Assembly: GCA_013239625.1 (NCBI GenBank)
Contig: MU055864.1
Location: 5,997,083 to 6,061,082, forward strand
DNA length: 64,000 bases
Reading direction: 5' to 3'
From: Lama guanicoe
Taxonomy: Eukaryota
The position numbers and the translations under genes are program-made. The notes beneath the pieces are model-generated. The model made no database searches and had not been told where the DNA came from. It saw only the letters and a list, made by a program, of their open reading frames with translations. The number at the start of each line of letters is the position of its first letter. Within the stretch, counting starts at the first letter, position 1. This document shows, in pieces, positions 12,671 through 27,189 of the stretch.

Positions 12671-15550
12671 TCTGATTTAAGTATTTAAAGTTTCTCTCGC
12701 TCCTTTCTCCACTTCCTTCATAGTCCTCCCTGCACGGCCCATCCCCCAAATTCTTCCCAGAAAAGAACACAGTGTTCAGCAGAGTTGTTTAGCAAACAAA
12801 GCATGGATTGTTTCTGAGAACTCAAGGCCTTGATCAGAACACATTAAAACTCATCTGTTTTGGAAATTCTAACCCTTAGTCTTCTTAGAGGTCCACTTTT
12901 TCTTTACGTATATGGAAAGCAGTCAGATTACAGGCATCTGCCAATTAAAAACCCCTTCCTAGAAAAATAAGACGGAAGTTTGCCTAGAATCCACTTCCCT
13001 CTGGTCTTAAAATGAGTGAAACAGATACCTGGAGGCAATGTTTAAGCTAAGAAAGAGGTAAGAGATCAAAGAGGGGAGTGGATGACCTTTCCTCCCTTTA
13101 CCTTCATCGGAAAAGAAGGCAGAGGAGAGAGCAAGGTGACAACACACTGTTATGGAGGGAAAAACTAGAAATCTGTCTCCTACAAAATAGAAGACTTAGC
13201 TCTTTCACACTAACAAGTGAGACAAATAAGTTATCAAATGTGCCCAGACCCAGATTCTAGAGTAAAACTTGAGGGCTTTGGAAGAATACAAATTTGGTGA
13301 AATATTTTAAATAATTCTACTTTTAAAACGAGTATTACAGTTCTTAAACCTTAAAATTAAATCCCTGAAATGGAAGTACATTATATTCACTGAGGCTACA
13401 GTTACTCCTTCATAGCTGTTCGATACAGGTAAACAGGGGATGATCAGAGCATCACAAAATTTAAGATTAATAAAAATTATTTTAATGATTGTAATCATTA
13501 CAGTTGTCAGCTTAGCAATAGCAAGAAATGCTTCTTTTTGATGTTTTAGACACTAAAAGGACAAGAAACTGTGTGGTTTAAAAAAAACCAAAAAACAAAA
13601 AACACCTGCTACACGTGTACACACACCCAGACTGTCAAAGCTAAAGAAAGTTAGAGTGACTCTATCTTCCTTATTTCTCAGAGCTAGCAAAAGTGAGAGC
13701 AGAAGGGGACTTCTGCGATTTCCCAGGCTCACAGACAAAGAAACCAGGCTCAGAGAAATTGTGTGACTGTCATACACACCTTGAATCTTGCCTTTTGATA
13801 TCAGTACAACTTCTCATCTCTCCTGCTCTTCTTTTCCTACATCTTAAGAGCTAAAATGTAAGTAGATATCAATCACTAATAATTCTAAGTCACTAGTCAA
13901 AGAATGGTCTCAGAGTAGTGCATGGAAAGCATTCCTTTTTCATCTTCATTTCCCCCATAAAGGATGGCATTATCGGCTCTGGGGGACGATGAACATTTTG
14001 GACAAGATGTACCTTTACCTTCAAACAAATTCAGGCACAGCCCAATGCTCCCAAACTACCCAACAACCTGAAAAGACGGACTTCACTTTCTAGAGCAAGT
14101 AAATGCTTTAAGGAAAGAGAAATAACTCATGTTCATCATTTGTTCTATCATAGAGCTGGGAGTAGGAAAAAGAAATCAAGCTAATGTTTATCCAGACTAA
14201 CAGTAATCTTAGTTCTCAAAATGAAGTTACATGGTACAGCATTACGTTTAGCAAATGGCAATGGGCATTGTTTAGAACTCAGGTCTGACTTAATCCAAAG
14301 TTTCAAGGCACACCTCTGTTTTCTTCATACCGAGTGTCACAGAAGAGTACAATCAACTAAATACACTTGATAATCTACAGAGATAAAAGCCTCTAACTGT
14401 GTTTGTTCACAGAGAAACACTGAAGTCCCTTACAAACTAGGCATGCTGAGAGCCATATAACAAAGTGCATGATTATTTGCAAAGCGTGGGGACAGGGATG
14501 AGATCTCGAGATGAGAGAAGCTCAAAAGTGGGGACAGGGAAAGGTGGTGGGATGGAGCTGGGGTATCACTGCTCTGCCAAATGAAAGACATTTATTCTAT
14601 TTGCTTCTCCCACCGTATTTACAGTATACAACAAAAGTACAGTAACTATGATACTAAACATAGACACAAAATGTACTCAAATCTCCAGGAGTTCGATCTG
14701 TTAATGTTCTTACTTGTTCTTTTCTTTCTCCAACTTCACAGCCATAACTAATTAACAGCAGGACAGGCATAGCACACACTTTCAAGCTGCTGTTGAGCGA
14801 ACAGCAGTCATTACTTTTGTCCTTGCATTTGCTGGCTTCCCTTTGAATCCAGACAGCACTATACCATGCTAACATAGTATAGTCTACACTTAACTTTAAA
14901 TGGATTTTTTCCCTCAGTCACTAAATTCCCAGGAATGATCTTCCAAGCTACTCTCCGGAACAAATCATTTAACTCTACAAAAGGGAAGAACACTCAATTT
15001 GTTATATTAAACCAAAAGGTTAAAATTCATCACATTCACGCATCCAGTTTCCCTATCTCTATTTCCCTAAAACAGATGGACCAGCTTTCTTCATTCCAGC
15101 CTCTAAAAAAGCAAGAGCTCCTTGCTAGAAAATAAAGAGAAGCCACGTTTTCCAAGGGCAGGAAAGAATAACCAAATGTTCTAAGATATTACAGTTGAGA
15201 AAAATAAACACACAAATGCTGTCAATTCTCATATACCTCCCTGCCCTGGGCTTGTTTCATCATGATCATAGATGTGCTTAACTTTTGCTCCTTTTTCAAC
15301 ATTCATCTATTCAGTCTATCCACACTCAAAAATTTATGTACAAGGTTCTTTCTGCATCTGAGTTAAAGGTAATGGATATATATAGCTTACATATTGTTAG
15401 TAAATAAAGCCAAATAAATAGCATGATGACTGTCTAGAGACATACTACTAATTAGCTTTAGATCTATTGAAATCTTTAGTAATTTTCTTTCCAGGAACTA
15501 AGGGTACAGTACCAGAAAACCTTGACTGTAAAATAAAATAACAGTATGGT

Positions 15551-15687
15551 GGGGGGGTGTATAGGTCAGTGGCAGAGTGCACAAGGTCCTGGATTCAATC
15601 CCTAGTACCTCCATTTATATAAATAAATAAACCTAATTACTTCCCCACCGAAATAAACAAGCAAACAAATAAATAAGATTTAAAAAA
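15551..15687 (+). mobile_element. tRNA-derived camelid SINE, copy 3 (internal deletion)
   Basis: SINE head and tail flanked by perfect 13-bp TSD aacagtatggtgg (15540-15552 and 15686-15698). Confidence 0.88.
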
Positions 15688-16149
15688 CAGTATGGTGGAA
15701 GTAGTTCTATTTTTAAACATATTCCAAACGTGCTTAAAATGAGTGTCACACTTTACACTCATGAAGAGGAAATCACATTTGTCTTACTCAACGAGCCTAA
15801 CAAAGAAAAATCAATATTACTTTCTCGAGTTATTATTCCCCACAAGTGGGTCAACTAAAAAAAGATTCCCTTGGTGACTGGATTTCCATTTCATAGTAAC
15901 AGTCTGAGTTTAACTTCCTTTTTTCCCTGTGGGGGTACATGCTGATGCATTTTGGAAATTATTAGGCTTCAGTATTAAGTAATGAAGGACTTGCTCGAGG
16001 GCTGGAGCTGTAAACCTAGCTCTGGGCTTAGCCCCCAGCTTTCCATTAATTATTAATTATGAAAAGCAGGCTCCCTCACAGTCCGGAGGCTGCACCCTAG
16101 TGGAGAGTTGTCAGGGTGCCGCTCTGTAACACTCATCAGCTTTTAAGAG

Positions 16150-17620
16150 AAAGATTGCCTTTATTTGATTACCAAAATAATACACGCTCATTTTAACAAG
16201 TCAAACTCTAGAAGCATATAAAGAAAATGTTAACAATCTTTCCTACTTCCTTCCAAATCTCATCTTCCTGAGAGAACCAGTGTCCAGAGAGTTTGGTATA
16301 TATCCTTCCAAATCTTTTCCTCCTGATGAAACATACACATGCATAAATAGGAAATAACCTCCCTCCCTATTTTTTGAGTGGGATTATACCACACATTTCT
16401 CTTCTACAACTTGTTTTCTCACCTGATAAAAACAAATCATCTTTCCGAGTCAGTGCATTAAAATCTAACGTACTCTCTTGACAGCTGCATAATGCACTGA
16501 GTACAAATGTACCACAATTTATCCATCCCTCCACATTGGGTACTTCCAGTTTTTTTGCTGTTAGAAATAATTCAGCTTATTTGTTTGTGCATCAATGATT
16601 TTATTTTGCAGTATTTATGAGTGCCCATAATTCTGAAACCCAACAAGCTCTACGAATTCAGAGACTTTTCTTTGATTCATGTGGTGGCAAACTGATCTAA
16701 ACTGATGTGAATATTCATCTGTTCTCTTGAGAAATATGAATATGTTTGCTTGTGGAGTGCTGTCTCTACCTTGAGGAAAGTGTTACATAATATACAGTGT
16801 ATGTACCATATTATCTTTAATAACCTGAAAATCTCTGAAATCTGAAATACAAATGGCCTTAAGAGTTTTGGTTAAGGGACTGTGAACCTGTATTTCTACA
16901 AGAATAACTGATGAGTCTAAGAGTACGTACAATTTAAATTCTAATACATACGGCAAAATTACCAAAATGTTGTAGAAATTCATATTCCCAATCAGCCACT
17001 GCAGGAGAGGGTTTCTTTCCACACTACCTTCTCTAGGATTTAATGTTAGCATCCTTTCCATTGTTGCTAATCTGATGGGCAAAAAGTGGTATCAGGTCAT
17101 TTCAAGGTTATTTCACAGTGAAGTTCATCTTTTTGTGAAATTCATCTTCTTGGAAATACACATTCATATCCTCTGCCCATTTTTCTACTGGGTTGTTTGT
17201 CTTTTACTTACCAATTTGTAAGAGCTCCCTGAATACTCTGTGCCACCTGGTATCATACGCTGCATGAGTGGCACATGACACTTCAGTCTAAGGTTTAGTT
17301 TTTCCCACTCTGTTAATGCTGACTTTAGCCACACACTAATGTTAATTTTTATTTGCTCAAATTTGGCATTTTTTTCCTTTATGGAGTCTCTGTTTTTCAC
17401 CTTGCTTGAGGAGGTCCCCTTACCTTACCCCAAAGTGGCACAAATGTTCTTCTGTATTTCCTTTTAATATTTATATATTTTGATTTTTACATTTAGATCT
17501 TTATTTCATGTGACATTTATTTTATGTTACATAGAGGTCTATTTTTTTCTGGTAGCTAATTTTGCCAATACCATTTATTAAATAAACCATCCATTTCAAT
17601 TTCTGTTCAATTTAAATACG
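16150..17620 (-). mobile_element. Old L1 (L1M) 3' region, interrupted by a Tigger element
   Basis: T-rich L1 antisense motifs (gtaccacaatttatcc, aaattcatattccca, ttttacatttagatct, taccatttattaaata). Confidence 0.7.
16609..16890 (-). mobile_element. TcMar-Tigger MITE (MER46C-like)
   Basis: Right end ttttggttaagggactgtgaacctg|ta with repeated tctgaaa motifs; splits the L1. Confidence 0.55.
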
Positions 17621-20096
17621 TTTCATATACTAGGGGAAGAGAGAACAAAAAGAGAAAATTTAGTGCCATTCCAATACAACAGACAAAGAGAAAGGCTTGG
17701 GTAAAAACAGGTGACACTTACTGTTTCTCTCTTCTTTTTTTCCGAGAGAATTTATAAAACCAAGTGTCTATATTTTCGTTCTTCCTAAGAGCTCACCTTG
17801 TGGTTTGGAGTCACTAAAATGCTTTAATAAAATTATTAGTTTTACAGAGTAACTGTTTTGTATTTAGAGGGACAAATCTTGGGAAAGTTATTAAAGTACA
17901 TTTTAAAAATGTGTAATGAAATGTACTTTCTCTCAAGAAACATCAGTTACATCAATGAATGAAAGACACCAGTCAGTAACTTCTGATTCATTTCCATGTG
18001 CTCTTCAAATTCCAACTCCTTTGGTGTGGAACCTTACTGGCTTGCAAACTTAGTCCTATACCATGTTTTAATAGTTTTGCCCCAATCCAGGAATGATATA
18101 GGGCAACCTTTACATGCTATAATAATTATGTAAGAAAACAAAATAATTTGCAGAAGACTTAAGAGTCTCTCTCTTGTATGGAGAAATTCCTTTGCCGCAC
18201 ATTCCTCTTGGACTTGTCTGTGGTTGCAGTGGCATGAGAAACATTTGAATCTTTGGGCCTGCTTCAGAATTGCTGGGAACACCTACCCTTCAGAAAGCAT
18301 GACTCAACCCCTTTTAGCTCTTACATTGCTCTCCACACCCCCAAACTGTACTGCCCTGGAACTGAACTCTCATCGGTGACTTCTCTGTTTCTTGGTGCAG
18401 TGTTTTCTCCTGCTGTCCTTTTATAACTTTTGAAATGAATCCATGTGAACTTACGCATGCCATTCGTTTCCAAGACCCGAGCAGCCCACCAGCCTTGTTC
18501 TCAGTTAGCACCTGCCAGGGTCTTCTGGAAGGTTCAGCATACCCAAAAGCTACTAGGGCACACGACCAGCTTCTTAACACCCGAGCCAAAATAAACAGAA
18601 ACCACCCCATCTTAGTTTAGTCCTAATCACCATAAATGACTCTCAGTGTAAGTAAAACAAGCATATCACCTTCTTAAATGACTAGAAAACATAAACACAC
18701 GCATATTTTACTTGGATAAAATTTAAAATTTACAACCACAGGAGGGTTTAAGCAAAATTTTCTTAAGAACTGCTACAAATTTTAAAAAGCAGAATAAGTA
18801 CACCAGAGCTACAACTCAAAGACATAATTTTTCCAAAATAATAATCAAGGAAATGGAGAACACCCAAGTGTTGGCAATAATTATAGCGGACATGTTGCGT
18901 AAGGGCAAATTAAAGCATACTCTAAAGAGAGAAAGTTTTATTTTAATCCTGCCTTTTAAAATAATTCAAACAGGAGGCATTTCTTGGTTACTTACTTTGT
19001 GCCAGATCCTAGACTAAATTAACCCTATGAATACAACAGCCAACAAGACAAAGCCCCTGCCCACAGGAAGGGATGGGAGGAGGTGGGGTGCGTGCAGGGG
19101 CAGGCTCCCATGAATCAAGTAATCACATTATATAGAAAACCACTCCAAACCATAAGATGGTAATTATGTGGAAACAGCAGTCACCAGATCTACAGTAACT
19201 CTGCACTAGATTCATGAAAACAATGAGTTATAAGCAGCATAAATCTGTCATTTTCTGATTCTTTTATAAATTTGCAACATAATAATCAAAAAGACAAGAC
19301 ATACGTTATGTTACAGTTAAATCTGTCTCTTATGAAATGCCTTCTCAATTTATCCATGGTTACATTTTTTTTTCATTTTCTTACCAACAGATCTGCCTAT
19401 AGTTAGCCAATTTAATCACGGTACTATTCAAGAGATGTTTAATATTAACCACCACACTAGAAGAGCAAATAATAAAATGTAAAAAGAACATTTCTGCAAC
19501 AGGCAGAAAACAGATTACTGTTTCCTCTTCTCAAAAAAGAGAAGACATACACAGTATACTTGGATAAAATCCCAGTTGAGTCATACAAGGATTTATAAAA
19601 ATGAAAACCAGATAACGTCTCTATCAAGGAAACTGGATTACCAAAGGAGAAGGTGAGCATGAGCTAAAGCCAGAGAGAATAATTATGTCATGACAATGTG
19701 CTCAGACATGAAAAGCGTAAGCTCACATCACAAACAGACCAGGCATATCTGGTAGTTAAACAGAAAAACGTCCAACACCCACCGTTTATGAGGTATAATA
19801 AACGTCCGATTATGAGACTAAACCATTCATTCGCTAAACACATTCGGAGTTCTTATTTGGCCCAAAGGTGTGTGACGCATACAAATGTGAATTAGACATG
19901 GTTTTCCCCCTCCAGGAACTTGAAACAGTTTGGAAGCAAAGCTGCTATAATATAAAATAACAGATGAAAACGTACTTCAAAAAAATTATGAGTGCTTCCA
20001 GAAGAGAAAACTCACTTTTATCTCAGGGACATGAACAAGAGTTCAAAAGGCAGATGGAGAACAGAAAAGAGAACATTCAAGAAGAATAGGTCGGTG

Positions 20097-20265
20097 CAAC
20101 TGTTTCTCAAACTTGAGTAAGCGTTGTTCAAATGCAGATTCCTGGGCCCTATCACCAGAAGTTCTGAATGAGCAGGTCTGGGATGAAAACCAGGTATCTG
20201 TCTCCAGTAAACACCCAGGTGATTCTGACACAGGCATTTCACAAACCACATTTTGAGAAACACTG
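20097..20265. mobile_element. MER5A-like hAT MITE
   Basis: TIRs caactgtttctcaaa / tttgagaaacactg; internal aaatgcagattcctgggccc and ccaggtgattctga. Confidence 0.8.
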
Positions 20266-22621
20266 ATCTGGAGGGCAAAAACTCCAGGTGTTCTTACGTT
20301 AAGCAAACTATACACTGATAAGCAGAAAGCACGCCTGTGGTTGCAAAGGACGATTAAAGACTATTCACAGAGTGCCTCTAATTCCAGATGAAGACGCTGC
20401 TATTGATCTATGGAAAGTTTTGAATAGAGGAGTGAAATAGCCTATCCTAGGATGTGTGGGTTTTAGTATTACATAAATCAGATAACATCTCCTTTTCCCT
20501 TATTGTGCTTCCCCTACACACACACCCCTTCATGTGGGGTCAAAGTGAGCCTTCTGACAGAAATTTTAAAATTGGAGGAAAGAACAACTATTTCGAAAGT
20601 CAGACTTTCCCTAAGGTTTCTTGTTAATTATGAGTCCCAGAGACATCCTCAGGGAGGCATGGGTGTGCCCTGCTTTCTAGAGGCCGCTGTCAAATGCCCC
20701 CGCCAGCTCTAGCATCATCATCCTAATCCGCCCAAGCCCGATGACAACAGGAGCGCGTCTCCTCCCATCCAAAGTCCTATTACCACGGAGAACATGGTGA
20801 GTAACACCAAAATCACAGGCACTCTTAGGACAAACAGAAACCCTCATGGGTCTTTAGTTTTCCAAAGTTACACGTGTACGTTGTCAGAAGGAGATCCAGA
20901 GTTAGCTGCGTCTGATGTGAGGGAGAGAGAAAAATGTTACTGGTTCCCATCAGCATTCTCACAATAGCAACCAAAACGTTATTTCAGAAGTCATCAAAAT
21001 GATATTAATCGCGTTCCCAAGTCCCATGTTATGTCATGATATTTAACCATCAACAACTTTTGGCCCCCTTCCTGCATGCTTATCATTGTCCCCTAAGAGC
21101 TGCACAGAGTGAAAAGTTGGTTACTACACAGAACAGCAAATATCTACAAACAGTATGTTTAACGTTAAACTCTTACAGTTAAGTTAAAACCCAGAGAGTA
21201 GAGCAAAGAGCCCAACTAAAATAAACGGAAGAAGAGAGCTGGCCAGAACATAACAGCCTCGCTGGATTCAAGCCAAGGCTTCTGAAGCTCCCTCTCCCCT
21301 TTTTATTTAAGTCGGGGGGAAACAGTTAAAGAACATCTTAAAGGATCCTAAGAAGTCAATAGGGAAAACTGCAATTTAATACAGTCTGGTTGATCAATCA
21401 ATCTTTTGTTTCTTTCCGAGCTCCCTCTTCTAAATGCGCTATGTGAGGGAAGGAGAAAACAGGCCATTATTACCAGCACCGAGGCTGGGAGCCGAGGCCT
21501 AGGAGAGCACCAGATGCTACCCAATGCCAGTGCCCCGAGCAACAGGCGAAGGCTTTCCTTTGATCAAATGCTTAGCGAAGGAAAATGGGAATCCTGTGAG
21601 ATGGACAGCTTCCCAAGAGGATGAAAATTCCATCTGAAATGCAGAGCTGTGTAAGAAAAGGACTCCCAGTGTTGGGGACATTCCATACAGTCTACGAAAT
21701 TCCTTAAACATTTGGCAAGCCTCGCCAAAAGCCAGCAGTGGGAATTCCTTCCCAAGGTTCCCTCTTCCTGAGCAGCGCTTGTGCCAAATGTTTTTTCTTT
21801 AATGCATCGGCTGTACCCTTCCTTCAGCAGTGAGTGGCTCTTGTTTGCTTGTGATACTTTTTTATATGACACAGCATCTTCCGAGATGCTCAAAGTGTCC
21901 TAAGGACTGCAGTCTATGTCTGGCAAGTGAGCTGCAAACATATGTTAGCATGCCACTCCTGATCCCACTATGATAATGAACCATCACTATTTCCATCAAA
22001 AGTGAGTTTCCAGGAATTACTGATAAAAACAAAAACTAAAATCTTTCTATAAAAAACCTGGAAGTGTGAGCTTTTGGTAAGAACAAGTAATTAAAACAAA
22101 TAACTCTGTAGCTCTGGAATACCAAGATCCCCAAAAGAAGACAGTAGGAAATAAGGTTATTTGTTTTCCATTTCATGGAGACTAAACATGCAGAAAATTG
22201 AGCTAAGAAAAAAGGTACTTGATAAATACCATGCATAATTATGAGTTTCTCAACGCTTCATAACTTTCATTCTGCTACACCCACGTACTTACACACCCAA
22301 CTCAACTTCATTCCTTCTCTCTGTTTGAAAAACCCCTGCCTCTCCCATCTCTCTTATTTTTTCATCTGAAAGAAATTTCACATCTAATCAGATAACTTTC
22401 CAAGTATCATGGACAAAGCTACCAGAAACATACACATACAAATCATTACTATCAAACTTTGCTTTTGACTTTGGTCTTGACATTGCTCTTTGTAAACACT
22501 GCACTGGATTATCACCATAAAAGAACTCTGTGAACTATCATCCCTTACAAACTCTAGATCTGTCAGTGCAATATTACTACTCATGAAATTTTAATAAATA
22601 ATAGCTTTAGCTCTTTTACAT

Positions 22622-22768
22622 CTTTTTTGTTTTTGGGGGGGTAATTAGGTTTATTTTATTTATGTTCATATGTATGTACATATTTATTTTAACGGAGGTA
22701 CCAGGATTGAACCCTGGATCTTGTGCGTGCTAAACACACTCTCTACCACTGAGCTATGTCCTCCCTCC
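22622..22768 (-). mobile_element. tRNA-derived camelid SINE, copy 4
   Basis: Reverse complement of the same head (ggattgaaccc...ctctaccactgagcta) and gtaattaggttt segment; imperfect TSD tttagctc(t/a)ttta. Confidence 0.83.
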
Positions 22769-24029
22769 TGGATTTTTAGCTCATTTAAATGTAAAAGTTA
22801 CATTTAAAATGTTTGAACACCAATATAACTTAATACAAATAAGTTCACACTGCTCTGATACAGGATTAAAAACAATAAAATTAAGACATGGGAAGGAAAA
22901 TTATGTCCCTTGAATTTAACCAGCAAAAAGTTGTCCTCTTCATTGCCTTTACAAAGAAATTTACTATATTTTTTTAAAAACAGTTCTTCATGGTAAATAA
23001 TAACAATCTTAGCATTAATACCATCTGGGTCATCTAAATGGAGATACAATTAACATAAGTGAAATACTATCAATAAAACAGAGGCAAACACTACATTGTA
23101 ATTATTGTGACATATAGAATCAGAAAAGAACTCACTAAAACTACCAACAGTTACTCTGATTTTGCCTTTCCTCTATTTTTGAAAATTAACGTGAAGAGTT
23201 TCCAATGCCAATAAAGGAAAAACAAACACTGGTAGTTCCAAGAACAATGTTTTCCCTCTGAAACTGCTGGCCTGTGTGTGTACATCAGCATGCCATCTTT
23301 CCAGAATTAGAATGCTGCTGCAAATAGCATTTTAAATGTTCCATCTAAAGTGGATCATTTGTTTAAGGTGAGAAGTTGCAACAGAAAGAAAAATTAGGGG
23401 GATATGTGGTTAAGAGAAGTTCTCAGAACCCCTATCTGTTGTAAATGCACTGTACTTAAAGTTTCTCCCTGGATATTTGCCCTAACACTGTAACTAAAAA
23501 TTCATCCCTGGAGACTTTGGTTAAAACATAAAAATAAATTACCTTTTGGTACCTCTCTAACATATTCCCTGTGAAACATACATTAGAGATTAGCACAAAT
23601 TCCCTAAACATATAACTAAAAATAAGAAATACATGGCATATGTCAAAAATACCATACTAACTGTAGGACCCTAAATAAGCTACATGAGTGCTTTTTGAAG
23701 TATAAATAAGTTTTAAAAATATATAATTTCAATTCCTAGCATTAAACATGCATGTGCCTACACTTACAAACTTACTACTTTGAAAACTGAGCAATAAAAT
23801 CTTTCTTGCATAATGGGGGTGAGGGTACAAATCTCATACTAGTGCACAGTGAAAAAGAAATTGGTCTAAAGCTTAGTTTTTCCCAACATCAGCTTCACCA
23901 GTAGCTCAGACGCTACCTACCAAGTCCCCTCGGCCTCTCTCTCCTGTGCTTAAAGCAGCAGAAACAAAACAGAAACATATAGTGGCAGCGCAAAAGTGAA
24001 AAGTCTTCTGCCTTAAAGGAATCAAAGTC

Positions 24030-24370
24030 ACACTTTATACTACAAACTATACAGTGCAAGTTGATAACACGTAACTTGATATGCTTTGTTTTGCTTCTAA
24101 ACACTGTAAATGAAAGAAGCTGCACACAAGTGCATATGTTATGATTCTTATGTACAAAAACAGGCAAAACTAATTTATGGTGTTAGAAGTGGGGACAGCG
24201 ACTATCTTTAGAGTCCTAAGAGGAGGGGCACAGGGAGGGCTTCTGGGTGCCAGCAATTTTCTATTTCTCACTATGAGCACCGATCACATGGATGTGCTCA
24301 CTTTCTGGAAACCCATCTAACTGTACACTCATAGTTGTGCCTTTTCTATGGTTTTGCTATACTTCTACAA
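24030..24370 (+). mobile_element. L1ME-type 3' end
   Basis: aaaaacaggcaaaactaatttatggtgttagaagt...gagggcttctgggtgc...ctgtacact motifs. Confidence 0.65.
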
Positions 24371-24379
24371 AAAGACTTT

Positions 24380-26240
24380 CATAAGGTTATGTAAGGAAGA
24401 GTTAGACCTCAGATCCTCTCCCCAGTTCCAGTAGGAGACAGTTTATACCCTGGAAGAAACTGAACCCAAGTCGCTGGCTCATAGACATCAGGCATAGCAG
24501 GAAAGCTGTCCTGAAGACAGTGGGTCAAATGAAAGTCCACACACTAAACCTTGCGATTCCAGCTCTCTTCCCTACTCCACTCCCTGAATCTTGGCATGCA
24601 CTGCCCACACAAAAGACCAGAGGATTCCTCTCAAGTACAACTGACACACCCTGGGGAGGAGATCCAGAGATACTGTCTCTGGAAGTTCCCCAACGAAACC
24701 ACAAGGCTCACCCCTGACAGCCCTTGCAGTGAAGCTGTACGAAGGAGAAAGCCTGCCCACGGCACCCAATTCACTTCTCAGTGGCACACCATTAAATAGG
24801 AGCAGACAGCAAAGGATCACCAGTTAAAAGGCAAGTTTCTAACATAAAAATCAGATGCCTATACAAACAGGAAAAAAGAAATCAAGACATCGCAAGAAGG
24901 AAATGAATGAACGAATGAATTAAATGTCCTCAGAAATAGAAGAAATACATCCATGGCGGGGGCACAGAATGCTATTAAAATGCACACAAATTAAACAAAC
25001 AAACAAATAAGGAAGAACTATTGAAAAAAAGACAACAGAAATTCAGAAGATGAAGAAAACCTGTCAAGAAATAGGGCATTAAGACAGACAGATAGGAAAA
25101 TTAGACAATCAGAGGGTAAACAAGGAGGTCCTGCCTAAAAAAAAAAACAGAAGGAAACAGAGGAAGAAAAGAGAAAACCAAGATGGGGGAAGAGAGTATC
25201 AAAAAATGTAATGAGACAGCTTTCTAGAACTGAAGGACATAATTTTCTCAGATCAAGTGTTCACCATAGTGGCTAAAATGAATAAAGAGCTCCATACAGA
25301 GAAATTGCTAAAATCTTTTCTGGGGTTGTTTAAAAAAAAATTGAGGAAAAAGGGTCTCTGAAGACAGGAATCAGACTACGATAGCAACTGCCGAAGCTAG
25401 AAGACAATGATGCACTTGCTTTGAAATTCTGAGACACACGTTTTCCCGTCTAGAAGCCAGCCAAATATTCAATCAAGTATGAGAGAAAAATATTTTTAGA
25501 TATGTGAAGTGTTTAATAGATCTGTCTCCCGTATCCTCTTTCTCAGGAAGATATTGGAAGACATTCCATCAAAAAGTGGGAGTAAAGCAAGAAAGGAGTC
25601 GCTAGACACAGGAAAACATGGAAAACTGAGGAGAGATGAAAAGGGAGTTACCAGGAAAACGACACAAGGTAACCTCAGGACAGCGGCTGTGTGGCAGACC
25701 CACCCAGCAGGGACCCATGCCGGCCCCAGAAACGAGGGTGTCTCCAAGAAGAAGGTGCTGAGAAGAGAGTAAAGTTTTGTCAGAAAGCTCAACAATATAT
25801 GAGAAAAAGAGTACACAAATGAACAAGAGAGGCTCCTGTCCAGCCAGCACAAGAAAGGCCATGGAATCGCTGTGTTTAAGTGCCTTAGAGATGAATCAGA
25901 GCTCCATGCTCAAAATAATGTCAACCCTCAACACCGACTTAACCAAAAATGGACACCTGGACATCAAGAGGATGGGAGAAGCGGCGGTCTGTGCACGTGG
26001 CATGGTGCCAAGGGGGTGTGAGACGATGGAGAAGAGTTAAATCCTCATCTTCTATAGCAATAAGCAAGAAAGCAGCAAAAAGAGCCTAAAGACTCCAAAG
26101 TGGTTGCCTAGAAATCAGGACTTGGGTACAAGGAGTTTAAAGCACTTATTTCTTATGTCTTATTGCTTATTAAGATTTTCTATATACAATATTACTTTGG
26201 TGGGTGAAAAGTTTAAATTTTAAAAAGATACTAAATAAAA
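24380..26240 (+). mobile_element. Ancient L1/HAL1-type ORF1-region remnant
   Basis: A-rich degenerate ORF1-like sequence (tttctagaactgaaggaca, gctagaagacaatg, ctagaagccagccaaa...tcaatcaagtatgag). Confidence 0.55.
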
Positions 26241-27189
26241 CCAAAAAACGTACGAAATAATAGACAAGAAAACTAGAGAGGAAGAACTGCAGTGGGCAAA
26301 TGACAGGAAGACGAGCAGTACTCTAAAGCTCTTACAAGAGTCCAGGTGAGAGCTAGAGGGGCTTCCTCCGACAGATGGGCAGAGATGGTGTGTATTGAGA
26401 GATGGGAAACAGAGGAGAAAAGCAAATGGGTTGAAAAGATATTTATAAATTTAGAATCAATAGATATGGGGAACCAATCAGGGGATTCTGAAAGCCCCAG
26501 CAGGAAAGGCAATGCCCCAGATACCCTTCCATCTGGGTATTTATTTAGTCCATAAATGCGGACTCTTTGGAAGCACCATATTCCCCCATGTAATGAGAAG
26601 TATTTTGCTTTTCTTTTGGTTTAAGTTTTAATTTTTAGACTATTTAGAAACCACAGAAAATAATGATCATCCAAGTAGCTATAATTTAGCTTTTTCAAAT
26701 ATTAACATTGTCCCCTTGCCTCTAATCTTTTTTTTTAAGATATAAACATTATGCATCTAGTTGAAACCATCTTCAAATCATTTCCCAATCCCATCCCCCA
26801 ACCGCCTCCCCAGAAAGTAACTGTTAATCTGATTCGACATTTAGCATCTCCCACTACCTCATCTCTAAAACCAGAGCATCGGTTTGGATAAATGCTAATG
26901 CCCTTGCTGTTCTGAGTGAGACATCAGGATGCAATACCATGACACAAAGTTCTCCATGCTCTGTAACGGAAGTGCAGAAGCCTATCGTTCAGTGCTGTGA
27001 AATACACAAGAATATTTCAAAGCTCAAAAACAGACAGAATCACGATATAACCCTTTAGCAAAAAAGCATAGTATCTTTACTACAGCAGTGTGAGTAAAAA
27101 CCATGTTATCACTGCAGAGGGCACATAAAAACCTAAGCTGAAGAATTTCGCTGTGGCTTCCTTCCATTGTCCCCATCAGCTCCAGGGAA

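Noticed and set aside
21157-21170. 14-bp palindrome GTTTAACGTTAAAC
   Set aside because: Single short palindrome; plausible by chance in 64 kb of AT-rich DNA.
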